Of a stretch of DNA of 64,000 nt, positions 50,870 to 63,523 are shown in pieces. The translations under genes and the position numbers were made by a program. Each line of letters begins with the position of its first letter. The stretch's first letter is position 1. Source of the DNA: Nemertoderma westbladi (lineage: Eukaryota; Animalia; Xenacoelomorpha); NCBI GenBank assembly GCA_032718475.1, contig JAUCBJ010006077.1, positions 490 through 64,489 on the forward strand, in the 5' to 3' direction. Under the pieces are notes generated by a model. That model saw nothing but the letters and a program-made list of their open reading frames with translations, made no database searches and was not told the DNA's origin.

Positions 50870-51479
50870 CTGAAATAATCAGAAACAATAATTTAGCCAA
50901 TTATTATCTTAATTAATTATGACTATTGTGTTGACAGTAATTGTGCGGCAATTAACCCGATGGATGGCGGGGTAGGGGGGGGGGGGGGGGGGGGGGGTAA
51001 CACCGAATATTTACATTAACTTTAGTTTATTCACGGTCGGCTTTTATAAACGTTGTGACTTTTCTGGACACACAGAGATTTAAAACTCCATTTAATGGGG
51101 TGCATTTACATAATAAAGAATCATTATTAATGTTTAATTTAACACATTATGTGGATTGCATGACTTCAATCCCCTTTATCATGCAGCGCTCGGGTACGAC
51201 TGACACTAGCATAGAATCCCGCGGGCATTCAAACAATAGAATTAGCTTCGGGTAGCCATTCATTGGATACCAACCAGTTTAAATTCCCCCTTGATTGACA
51301 AGAAAAGGGGATTAAATCGAATAAGAAACCTGAGCGTAGCGTAGCTAATACCGGTGAAATATCACAAGGATTTTAATTTTTAATGCATTTTATGAAACCG
51401 AATACAGCCGGAATCAAGGTCACACGAGAATCTCGGCAAATTAGTAGCCGCAAGATTTATTGCGACGCCGGACTCTTAC

Positions 51480-52139
51480 CTTTATTACCCTGGAATAATC
51501 CCCCTGACACAGAACTCGTACAGGAAGCCTCATCGGTTTCCATCTGGGGTTCAGAGTCGATTTGATAACTTCTGTTCGGTGGCAGACAGTGTATCCGCCG
51601 TCCTCATTGCTTCTATAGAAACACAAATAGGGGTCCGACTTCCCAAAAAAGTCCTTCTTAGATAGTTTATGACCTGATATGCGAAGGTTAATTTTATCAT
51701 TACAACTGGAAACTTCCTCAGAAGACAAAATAATGGTTCCTTTATTTCCATTCGTTAGTTTTTTATTTATTTTTCCTCCCGGTGCCGCCACAATCTCCCC
51801 TAGACTGACGCATGCATACCCCAAGAAATCATGTTTGGCAAGATCGCGGCTTTTACTGTCAATATCGTAAACTTCGAATTTCAATAACTGAAACTCTTCG
51901 AAAAGGTAAGTTAAATGGAATTTCTTCACAAAGTCCGGGTTCTGATTGTCCCATATAGTCTCACTACGACTCATCTCCCTCCATGTTTCACCCTGCAAGG
52001 TCTGGGTAAACAGCACCACCATGGGATCCGACTTGGACAGAATGTCTGCGCGAATGAGATTCCGACAACTCACGCTGATCTCAACTTCGGATTGGGGGAC
52101 AGCCGATGAACCTGGTTGAAACGGCGCTGCTGATGCCAT
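51480..52139 (-). CDS. CPNE: Copine paralog C, exon 1 (CPNE5/8/9-like)
   Basis: VEISVSCRNL, DILSKSDP, YDID, HDFLG, KKDFFGKSDPYL; phase-0 donor AAG|GTAAGA; total ~552 aa. Confidence 0.95.
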
Positions 52140-53310
52140 TGTATAATAGCGGCTCTATAAACATGGGTTGATACTAACTATTTAAAAGTTCGTTTATTAT
52201 TATTAATGTACCCGTAAGTATAGTATATAATAACGATAGAAAAACAATTACTGTACTGGACTGGTTGACATGATAAGCAAAGATTGCACTTACACCAGTA
52301 CCGGGTAGTATTGTAGTGCCTATATAATACAGTAATAATTAACTAAAACTATTACTACAATTACAAATTAAAACTAAATAAATTTTTAACAATTAACAAA
52401 TTAAAACAAATTACTATTACAATTATAAATTACAGTACATAGTTAACTAAAAAAACAATTATTAGCAGCTTTCAGGTCCAAGGCCGTATTTGATCCACCA
52501 CTGGAATACCTACGGCTGTCTGGTTGTTCTGCACTGGCGGCTGTTGACGACGCGACATCTGCCAAATCTCCGCTACCGGTAATGTCCGGTAACCGTATAT
52601 CGTTTACACACTCTTACTGCAGTACCGGTACTGAAGCGGTGCCGGTACAATTACTATAATCACTGAAATACATATAGTCATTTTTTGGTACCGGTACAAT
52701 GATTTATTATAGTACTCTTGGTCTTCACTCTTGTTGTTGTTATCTCGCGGAGACTTAATATCCCAGGAAGCACAAATACGAAAAATTACATTCATTATTC
52801 GTCCAGACGTTCTGGATTTATGTTCATATGTCGTGTATGTCTCTGGATGCCTATGATGCTAAACGTTCAATAGTTCACAATTGGCAGTCAGACTCAGAAG
52901 TTCGGTTATATAAACCGATAATTGAACGTAAATGAGACCAAAGGCAATCTACCTACTACTACAACTATGTGCATGTTCTTGTGACGAGGAGGAGAGTAAG
53001 AAGGATTAGGTAGCCTACATGGCGTTGTAAACTACCTTATCCAATCCCCACTCCTGCACTCCCCACCCTACTGCCCTACCTACAATACCCTACATTATAC
53101 ATTTATACATTGATATAATTTTGTGATGATCCACAAATTCGTATTCGACTAGTTAGAGATTTATATAATAATTTATTTATCTTATTTCCAGCCAAAATAG
53201 ATTATTCAAATTTCTACTATTTTGAACGATATTTCAAAAATGTTCAGATTCGCAGAAAAAAAGTACCAAATATGAACGTTCAATTTCTTTCGTGGACGTC
53301 CTGTGCTACG

Positions 53311-54606
53311 TCTCGTGGAGACATCACATGGAGACATAAAATCTCGTTGAGACATAATATCTCGGTGAGACATAATATCCTATGGAGACATAATATCTCG
53401 TGGGTACTTAATGTATCGTTGAGACGTAATATCTCGTGGAGACACAATATCTCGTGGAGACGTTATATCTCGTGGAGACATAGTATCTCGTAGGGACATA
53501 ATCTCTCGTTGAGATATAATATCCCGTTGATACATAATATATCGTGGAGACATAATATCTCGTTGAGATATAATATCTCGTTGAGACATAATATCTCGCT
53601 GAGATATAATATCCTATGGAGACACAATATCTCGTAGAGACATAATATCTCGTGGAGTCATAATATCTCGTTGAGACATAATATCTCGTGGAGACATAAT
53701 ATCTCCTTGAGATATAATGTCTCGTTGAGATATAATATCTCGTTGAGACATAATATCTCGTTGAAACATAATATCTCGTGGAGACATAATATCTCGTTGA
53801 GACATAATATCTCGTTTGAGAAATAATATCTCGTTGAGACATAATATCTCGTTGAGACATAATATCTCGTGGAGACATAATATCTCCTTGAGATATAATG
53901 TCTCGTTGAGATATAATATCTCGTTGAGACATAATATCTCGTTGAAACATAATATCTCGTGGAGACATAATATCTCGTTGAGACATAATATCTCGTTTGA
54001 AAAATAATATCTCGTTGAGACTAATATCTCGTTGAGACATAATATCTCGTGGAGACGTAATATCTCGTAGAGACATAATATCTCGTGGAGTCATAATATC
54101 TCGTTGAGACATAATATCTCGTGGAGACATAATATCTCCTTGAGATATAATGTCTCGTTGAGATATAATATCTCGTTGAGACATAATATCTCGTTGAAAC
54201 ATAATATCTCGTGGAGACATAATATCTCGTTGAGACATAATATCTCGTTTGAGAAATAATATCTCGTTGAGACATAATATCTCGTTGAGACATAATATCT
54301 CGTGGAGACGTAATATCTCGTGGAGACATAATATCTCGTTGAGACATAATATCTCGTGGAGACACAATATCTCGTGGAGACACAATATCTTGTGGAGACA
54401 TGATATTTCGTGGAGAAATAATATCTCTTGGGGACATAATATCTCGTTGAGACACAATATCTCGTGGAGACATAATATCTCGTTGAGACATAATATCTCG
54501 TGGAGACACAATATCTCGTGGAGACACAATATCTTGTGGAGACATGATATCTCGTGGAGAAATAAAATCTCTTGGGGACATAATATGTCGTTGAGACTTA
54601 ATATCC
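53311..54606. repeat. 18-bp quasi-palindromic minisatellite (~70 copies)
   Basis: Unit GAGA(C/T)ATAATATCTCGT(T/G). Confidence 0.95.
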
Positions 54607-54768
54607 TATGTGTATCATTGTATCATATAATTATGTAATTATATAATTTGTGTATCATAACTGAGCCTCGTGCTGCGCGACGTTGAGACTTAATATCCTA
54701 TGTGTATCATTGTATCATATAATTATGTAATTATATAATTTGTGTATCATAACTGAGCCTCGTGCTGC
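54589..54768. repeat. ~92-bp tandem duplication at the array edge
   Basis: CGTTGAGACTTAATATCCTATGTG...GAGCCTCGTGCTGC occurs twice. Confidence 0.85.
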
Positions 54769-55928
54769 ACGAACCTGTACTAACTAGCAACTGAAGGGTG
54801 CTGAAATCTTACGTAAAGTACACGACACCTATTTCATGTCATTATTAATTTACATAATAACTTTTCCTGTCCGTTTATTTCCTTCTTTATATTACAGTAG
54901 CCACTGTAACCAGCTCCTTTCCGGTAATTCCAATTTCTAGTTTAGTTTATTGTGCTGGGTTAGAAACACTTACTCTGACGTAGGGAAGCTGCTGGTTGGC
55001 GGGACATAGGCGATATCTTTAATTATTGTATTTGATGAACTGCGGATTTCATATGCACAGATTTTGAATCATCTCATAACAACTTCAATAGTTTAGATTT
55101 TCATATAATTTCGATGAATAGTAATTGAATCAGCATTTCAACACATTCACGCCATTGTGGTACAATTTGGACGGATTTCAATTAGATCGGTTGTTTCAGA
55201 AATCAATAGTTTCCAATCTTCACTCCCAGCTGCTGCATTACTTGGCCTGAGAAACATGGTGGTAACTTCATTGATGCCTGAGCGACTACTGTAATGGCCC
55301 GACTGCTTTATATTACTATTACGCTTTATGACTACTGTAATATTGAGATTTACAGAGACCACAATTCTTCTATACGAATTGCAATCTGAAATCTGTAGTG
55401 TATCCCTGTTGTAAACATTCATCGTTATTTATTAATTTATCGCCATGACAATAATTTACCAGTGATATATAAAGGTAATATATATAAAGATTGCGCATAA
55501 AGTATCCTTGAGGTACGGCACATCGGGAACTGGTGAAGGTGATACCAACTAAAATCCAGATAGTGGCGGAAGCAATCAAAATTCACACAAATAACAGCTG
55601 ATTACTCTCAAAAATAACACTGTAACCTGTTCTATTCCCCTTCGTTTATTGTTTTGGTTAGAATACTGTGCCACTCTAACCCGCTCCTATCACTAAATTT
55701 ATTTATAAATTCTATTCTATCTTTTCTTCTATATATTCTAAATTTATATAGCATTGGGACGAGATATTAATTCGGCGAGATAGGATTTGCGTCCAACACC
55801 CCACACCCCACCCCCCCGTCTCATTGCGAGATCTGTTTAATGTATTTCGTATAACGACTGACTACTGTGGCAATAATGACCAGATAATCTAATTGATTAT
55901 AATTAGTATGAAATTTAACTTTTGCATG

Positions 55929-56501
55929 GCAATCAACTGTATTATTTAATATTTTATTATTTTATAAGCAATCAACTGTATTATTTAATATTTTATTATT
56001 TTATAAGCAATCAACTGTATTATTTAATATTTTATTATTTTATAAGCAATCAACTGTATTATTTAATATTTTATTATTTTATAAGCAATCAACAACTGTA
56101 TTATTTAATATTTTATTATTTTATAAGCAATCAACAACTGTATTATTTAATATTTTATTATTTTATAAGCAATCAACAACTGTATTATTTAATATTTTAT
56201 TATTTTATAAGCAATCAACTGTATTATTTAATATTTTATTATTTTATAAGCAATCAACTGTATTATTTAATATTTTATTATTTTATAAGCAATCAACTGT
56301 ATTATTTAATATTTTATTATTTTATAAGCAATCAACTGTATTATTTAATATTTTATTATTTTATAAGCAATCAACTGTATTATTTAATATTTTATTATTT
56401 TATAAGCAATCAACTGTATTATTTAATATTTTATTATTTTATAAGCAATCAACTGTATTATTTAATATTTTATTATTTTATAAGCAATCAACTGTATTAT
56501 T
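55929..56501. repeat. 39-bp AT-rich minisatellite (~14 copies)
   Basis: Unit GCAATCAACTGTATTATTTAATATTTTATTATTTTATAA; some units carry an extra CAA. Confidence 0.95.
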
Positions 56502-56540
56502 AAATTATGGATAAACTATCTCAAACCTATTTGATCGTTA

Positions 56541-59195
56541 GTTTCCTAAGGTGGTTCTGATTGTGTGCTACTCTCCAACTAGTGTTGCCCCTGTAGAGGA
56601 GGTGGAAAATTTCTACCAGAATCTACAAGCAGCTACTGATGGTGTGGATCAGCATGCATTCTTAACATTCCTGGGAGACTTTAATGCAAGTCTGCATCAA
56701 TCACCTACATCGCCCTGGGTCTATAGCAATAGTGTTAACCGAAATTCTGTCCATCTTCAGGATTTTATCTCTGGAAATGGATTGTTTTCGGCTGGAACCC
56801 CGTTCAAGAAGCGAACTGGAAAGCTATGGACTCATAGTGGACCCAGTGGTCACAAGTCCCAGATAGACCATATTCTGTTTCGTAGGAAATACAGGAGCTC
56901 TATACAAGACTGTAATGCATTTACACTTCGACCCTCCCCAGTGATCACCGCCTTATTGTGGCCAAGGTAAGACTTAGTCTGCGTGCTAGCAGAACAACGA
57001 AATCTGCCTTGCCGCGGCATGACTGGTCCTCTCTGTTGCAACAGCCAAGTGTGAGATCCAGCTTCACACTACAGCTGAGCAACAGGTATGAGGCTCTTGC
57101 CTCTGAGGCGGCAGATCACTGTGAGGGCTATACTGCCTTTACAGAAGCAGTTAAGTTAGCAGCTGCAGAAACAGTTCCTGTATACCCTCGAAACAGGAAA
57201 AGGGCCCCCTGGACTGACAACAAAATTCAGAAGTGCCGAAATGACCTTCATAAGGCGCAGAAAGAGTCCCGACTCAAACAGACTACAGCGGCCAAGAATG
57301 CAGTTAAGGCTGCATCTAGGTCCCTGAACAGGCAGTACTCTGTTAATCTACAGGAGCTAATAAACCAACAGGTTGATGCCATCAATGATGCTGACGACAG
57401 CAGGCAATCATCCCAGGCATGGAAATCGTTCAATTTGCTTACAGGGCGGAAAAGCCAACCAACCACCAAGGTTAAGGCTGAATCACCAGCCGATCGCCTC
57501 AATGGTTGGAAAGCCCACTTTGAAAAGCTCCTCAATAATGACAGGGTATTGCCTGATAACTTTATAGAAGTAAAAGTGTCTGAGTCTGTACTCCCAGATA
57601 TTCCCATTGGCGATATCTCCTTTGCAGAAGTGAAGGCTGCTGCAAAGAGCATTAAGACCAATGGTGCCAGTGGAGTAGATGGTGTTCCCCCTGAGGTCTT
57701 TAAAATACCTGAGTGTTTAAAGCTCATCTATCCCATCATAGTAGACATGTACCGAACAACAAGAGTCCCACAAGAAATAAAAACAAATAAGTTGGTGCCA
57801 GTTCCCAAGAAGGGCAACCTAACACTCTATGGTTCTTTTCGGGGAATCTCATTGATCTCGATTGCTGCAAAGCTATACAATAGGATTCTATTAAATCGCA
57901 TCAGGGATCCCATTGAGAGACTGCTCCGTGGAAATCAGAATGGGTTCCGTAAAGGTCGTGGGACCATGGAGCCCATTTTGGCACTTAGAAGGATAATTGA
58001 AGAATTATCAAAAAAGAAAGACAGGCATCTGGCTGTTATCTTTGTTGACTTCTTCAAGGCCTTTGATTCAGTCTCTCGCTCACGTATGTTCAGCATACTT
58101 TCATTATATGGGATTCCTGATGAAATTATTGCAGCAATCAGTTCAGTATACGATGCTTCGACAACATTTGTGTCTACTGTTGACGGTGACACAGAACCAT
58201 TTGAAGTGTTATGGGGCGTCCTCCAAGGAGACACACTTGCACCATTCCTGTTCATTATTGTGGTTGACTATGTTCTACGCATGTCCTTAGATCATCATAA
58301 TGATGATGGGGTGATGATAACTCCACCCACTGGCTCCAGAAGTCGAGGAAATCCTGCCAAGTACCTAACTGATCTAGACTTTGCTGATGACTTAGGAGTA
58401 CTCTCAGAATCATTAGAGGGAGCCCAACGGCTCCTCAGCTCATTAGAACATGCTGCTTCTAGTGTTGGTCTTTTTATTAACTCCAGAAAGACCAAAATTT
58501 TGACAGTTAACTTTGAAAGTCCTCAGCAAGTCTCTGATCGGATCAGCATAAGCTCAAAGGATGGTATGCTTGAGCATGTGGACGACTTCTGTTACCTGGG
58601 ATCATGGATCCGGAAGTCAGGTGAGGACCTTCGAATACGTAAGGGTAAGGCATGGGCAGCCTTGAATAGGCTTTCCAGGATTTGGAAGTCACCGAGAATT
58701 AATCGGAAACTTAAGGTCCGATTATTTAGAGCAGCAGTAGTTCCAGTACTCCTCTACGGGAGTCCATGCTGGGCTCTAACTGTTGAGGACACCAAATCTC
58801 TGGATGGCACATTCACAAGAATGCTACGCCGGGTTCATTATGTCAAGTACAATGCACACATCCCCAACCAGACACTATATAACATTGGAGGTGTCTCATT
58901 GGTCCCCCCAAGCTTGACACTAGAACAAAATCGCCTCCGCTTTGCAGGACATTGCTTTCGCCGTGAGGACCAGCCAGTGCATAATCTTGTACTTTGGCAG
59001 CCTCATGGAGTGAATAAGCATGGTGGACAGCCCATGACTTTCTTGAGACGCATCTTAAAGGACACTGGCCTTAAAGATGCGGATGATCTAGCAAATGTCA
59101 TGGGTGATAGGGAGTTGTGGCGGCGCAATTTTGTTGACAAGCCGGCACAGCATTCTTAAAAATGCAGCTGCAATGCAGCATGCCGATCCTAGTAG
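56541..59195 (+). mobile_element. RTE-clade non-LTR retrotransposon, 5'-truncated within the endonuclease
   Basis: 13-bp TSD TATTTGATCGTTA (56528-56540, 59196-59208). APE motifs YSPT, GDFNA, QIDHIL; one frameshift near 56940. RT motifs FRGISL, FVDFFKAFDSV, GVLQGDTLAPFLF, DFADD; RLRFAGHC; TAGTAG tail. Confidence 0.95.
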
Positions 59196-60089
59196 TATTT
59201 GATCGTTATAATTAGAGGATTCTGGTAAATCTGCAAATTAGGGGTGGGCAATCCAAATAAAAAAAAATAAAAAAATATAATAAAATAAAAAAAAATAAAA
59301 AAATATAATAAAATAAAAATGTATTGCTTTTGTGTAGGTTGTATTTTCCTCTTGCATTGTGATACACAGAGTTGATTATGCTAAGCTACTATGCTAAGGG
59401 CGGCTATGCTTCAAGCTGTTAAGAAACACCCAAACACGAATCCGTGACCCCTGGCCATGTTCTGGCACTTGGGACCCGACAGTATCACCTCTGAATTTGC
59501 TCGTCATTACATCGCTGCCTGAGGCAGACCAATCCATCTATTTATATAAATACCTCACAATACGCGGGGTGCATCACACCTCTCATTGTATCGCTGACAA
59601 GAACAACTGCAGGTGTCAATAGCACGTCAAATAAAGCGCACATTCCATCATCTCCACATCCTATACTTCTTCTGCCGGTGTCCGTGTGAAATATGTACTG
59701 ATACATTTTTGTGTACTACGTACATGGATGTGTATAAATTATTGTTCATTTCAATGTTGCGTAATATTACAATAGCATGATGCCAAGAAAGTGCACAAAG
59801 TTTATTTCAAATGAAACATTCAAGAACACTGTTATCGTTATCGCTGCGGGTAGTTTGAGTATCAATGTATTTGATCGAGAGAGGATATTTGGTAAAACGG
59901 TGATGAGATATGTATATTGGTCTGTTATTTTTTATCGTGGTCCGTCCATAGGGTTTTAGAACGTGGTCCGTATGGAAAGAAGGCCAGGATAGGTAGATTA
60001 GGGGAAAGGGGAGGAGCAAGTTACAGTGGCACGTTATTCAACCCAAAACAATAAACGAGAGTCAATGGCCCAAACCAAGAAGCAAAGCA

Positions 60090-60555
60090 GTCAGTCGGCC
60101 AAAGCGGGAGGCGACCCGAAGGCTCCTCTTTTCATAGATAGGTTCCACCTTGGTTTAGTGGTCGCATTAAATTCACATCTCCGGTAGGTCGTAGGTTCGA
60201 TCCTCACATGGGCCAGGACAGTTTTCATTTCGGCACGAATGCTTTAAAGGGACCAGCCAGGGCGCATCTCTGCCTTGCATCCTTAAGTGGTAGCTAAATG
60301 AGTACTGGAGTTTCCCCTGGGGAGTAAACTTCTGGGGGACCGCGCTGGAAATAAGTCGTCCGAAGCAAATTTACCTTTTTTTTACTTTTTTACTATAGCT
60401 GCTACCCGAAGGTAGGCGTGGCCGCTTCTCATATCCCAAGTTATGTTGTACTTTATATTATCCCAGAGAATGAAAGGCTGAGTGGACCCCAACGGACTCG
60501 AACCTAAAACCAATAAATTGTAGGCCCAGCGCTCAACCAACTGAGCTACCCCGCC
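60090..60555 (-). mobile_element. tRNA-derived SINE with Nin/Deu-like domain, interrupted by a second SINE
   Basis: Head GGCGGGGTAGCTCAGTTGGTTGAGCG...GGTTCGAGTCC followed by ACTCAGCCTTTCAT; 3' part appears to resume left of the inserted SINE; left end approximate. Confidence 0.6.
60141..60395 (+). mobile_element. tRNA-derived SINE with Nin/Deu-like domain
   Basis: A-box TGGTTTAGTGG, B-box GGTTCGATCC, GCCTTGCATCCTT...TAAATGAGTAC core, TTTAC/T-rich tail. Confidence 0.65.
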
Positions 60556-61646
60556 ATAATGCCAATAGCCCAGGTTACAGTTCAATTTATGACGGGACAT
60601 TAGCGGCGCCCCCCTAGGTACTTTTGGATCTTTGTCTCAGCTGAACCTTCTACCCAATACCACCCATAGTACAAAAATGATTGTTTATTACTTGAAAGGG
60701 GTTCTAGATGTTGTTACTCTCAGCTCAAAAACTACTGCACGGTGATATGCTTCCTCATTTTTTTCCAATTCTGAGCACAATTTTATTAAAATATAATTTA
60801 TAGCATCAGTTGCATTTTCGACTTAACTTCGACTCAAGTAATTGTAGAAATCTACATCATTTTATATTTATATCAAGCGAATTAGGGTTTAAGTCAACAA
60901 AATAATTTAAGGTGTAACTTTTAGTGCCTGGTAAGCTCATTCCATTTCCTATGTAAACAGTTAGAAATACTTACGTTAGTAAATCTCGTTTAAGCTAAAT
61001 GTTTGACTTTGAATGTTTTGACACCTTAAATGATAATTTATAAAGTGCTCGCCAATATATTCACAAACTCAAATATCTGTTATACTCTCCAAAACATTTA
61101 ACAGTAGTTTTAATTCTGTTAAAAACTACTGTAACTACCGATTACAGTAAATCAAAATCATTAACAAAAAAATCCTTCTGTAAAGAACACCTGTGATACT
61201 TACTATCAACAGCTGAATTAAGATATTACATTTAAATTATGTTTTGTAGTTATAAATTTGGGCAATCTCTATTTTCCAATAGTCCTTTCCATTCCACTTC
61301 GTACAAAAGTTACATATTTTCAGAATTACGAATTTGATTACGAATTTTTACAATTTCGTACGCACCATGTATATAACACACTTCCCCAGAAGTTCAAAGT
61401 TAAACAACTTTCCACTTTCTATCTGGCCTTTTCTTCCATTCTAATTCACATCGATCGTTCCATACTGACAACATAGCGTTTAATTAAAAATGTGTGTCTG
61501 GTGGTGGGATTTCGAAGAATATTTTACTACAGTATAAAGCTACATATATCATATAATACAATAATTAATCAACACGTTATTATTATGTAATATCAAAGGA
61601 CACCATAATTATTATTTTACTTCGTTACCGAAAGACATTGCCTATC

Positions 61647-62648
61647 TCAATGGCTATGTTGTGCAACACCGGTGGGCGTTGTTGGAAGGTTGATCGGAGG
61701 TTTTGGTACAATTCCGCGATGTTTCATGTAACTAACAACCTGATCGGGAACCTCCTCCAGAACTTCCTTCGCGAGCCAGGCTTCTACGACAGATGCGGAT
61801 GCACCTATGCGAACGTGACTATTGAATGGAACAAATTGTACTATGTCTCTTTCGGCTTTACGACCTTGAAAGGAAACTCGTACATCATCACCATCAAGAA
61901 CCTCCATCGCTTCAAAATCTGCATTTCCAACTCCAACAATAATTATTGACATGGGAAGAGTCGCAGCTTCAACAATGGCCTTTAACGTTTGCGGCATATC
62001 CGATATGATGCCGTCAGTAATGATGAGCAGTATAAAGTATTCTGTTCCGTCCTGTTTCTCTCGCGCAAATCGAGCCACGTGGTTAATCACGGGGCTGAAG
62101 TTAGTGGGCCCGTAGAGTTGAACGTTGTGTATGGCATAGTTGTACGCATCCATGATGCCTTTAAGGCCTTCTACATATGGGTTGTCTGCACGACCGTTGA
62201 GGAAGAACTCATGGGAAATCTCTCTAGTCGGGGGAACTCGCGCACCGAAACCGAGGCAAGGGAAGAGTTTGTCAGTGTCGTAATCCTGGATAATGTTACC
62301 AACTGCTTCCAACGCCATCTGATAATGATTGGGTTTGCTAGGATGAATGTAATGCAGGGAAGATGCCTGTTTAGGATCGCCATTGGAAGCTGTGAAATCG
62401 ATGGCAACAGTGAAAGCCAACTGCATTCCTCCGCGAATGAAATCCAAGAACGAATATCCCTTTTCAATGTGAATGTGTTCTACTGACAAGGTTGCTGAGT
62501 TTGAGTTCGTTGGTTTATTTGGGTTTATGAGCTGTAATTTAGAAACAACAGGAGGAGGTCGAGTGTTTTCATTAATTTCAGACAATGTGATAAAACATTC
62601 TCCGATTAATTTGTGGCTTCCAGATCGGTACCAGTTGTAGCATTCCAC
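61647..62648 (-). CDS. CPNE: Copine paralog D, exon 2 (end of C2B + VWA)
   Basis: Acceptor aatag|GTG GAA TGC; AIDFTASNGDP, YGPTNFSPVI, ITDG, LDGDD, RDIVQFVPF. Confidence 0.95.
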   Translation of the reverse strand: MECYNWYRSGSHKLIGECFITLSEINENTRPPPVVSKLQLINPNKPTNSNSATLSVEHIHIEKGYSFLDFIRGGMQLAFTVAIDFTASNGDPKQASSLHYIHPSKPNHYQMALEAVGNIIQDYDTDKLFPCLGFGARVPPTREISHEFFLNGRADNPYVEGLKGIMDAYNYAIHNVQLYGPTNFSPVINHVARFAREKQDGTEYFILLIITDGIISDMPQTLKAIVEAATLPMSIIIVGVGNADFEAMEVLDGDDVRVSFQGRKAERDIVQFVPFNSHVRIGASASVVEAWLAKEVLEEVPDQVVSYMKHRGIVPKPPINLPTTPTGVAQHSH

Positions 62649-62863
62649 CTATTCAAAGATTAATAAGATATAGTATATAGTATGTACTATAATATAGACA
62701 TAATTCTGTAATATAAATTGTATAGTGAGTGAAAATTTATACTTTCGATAGATAAAGTTCACCGTTAGTTTTGAGGTACATTATTATCTCCTATGAATTA
62801 CATTACTAACGAGAATGATTGATAGCGACAGCGACTGGTCCATCTACAATAGGTTTTGCTTAC

Positions 62864-63523
62864 CTTTATCATCCTGTGGTAATCTCCTTGACATAAAACC
62901 CTGACTGGAAGCTCGAAGACTTTCCAACGTGGGTTTACATTTCCATGAACCACCTCTGTCCTATGGCAGATTGTAAACTCACCATTTTCATTGGAACGAT
63001 AGAAGCACAAAAAAGCATCTGATCTAAACAATATATATTTTCGCGGTAATTTATGACCGGCCAACCGAAATGAAACTGTATCATTACACGATGAAACCTC
63101 TTCAGCTGATACAATAATATGACCTTTCCCTCCATCAATGAGATTTTTAATGAGACGGCTGCCTGGAGATCCAACTATCTCCCCCAAGTTGAAAAAAGCG
63201 TATCCCAAAAAGTCATGTTTCTTTAAATCATGGCTTTCGGAATCAACATCATACACCTCAAATTTTAATTTTTGCAATTCCTCGAAAAAATAGGTGACAT
63301 TGAATTTCTTAACAAAGTTTGGGTTTAGGTTGTCCCAAATGATTTCTGTCCGGCCATGTTCGACCCATTTCGTTGATCCAGGTGGTTGGATGTAGAGAAC
63401 CACGATGGGATCAGATTTAGAGAAAACATCAGCATCAATGAGATTGCGGCAACTAACATTCAACTCAATCTCGGAGGTCGGGGTCACGCTTGATCCCGGA
63501 GAGAACGATTGAAACGAGGCCAT
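62864..63523 (-). CDS. CPNE: Copine paralog D, exon 1
   Basis: IELNVSCRNLIDADVFSKSDP, GRTEIIWDNLNPNF, YDVD, HDFLG; phase-0 donor AAG|GTAAGC; total ~553 aa. Confidence 0.95.

Noticed and set aside
53272-56503. ORFs over the 18-bp and 39-bp arrays
   Set aside because: Translations of simple repeats
60483-60555. Functional tRNA gene
   Set aside because: Anticodon and acceptor stems pair poorly and the sequence continues into a SINE body
26894-62486. Plus-strand ORFs antisense to copine exons (e.g. 26894, 50297, 61989) and minus-strand ORFs inside the RTE
   Set aside because: Shadow frames of real coding sequence
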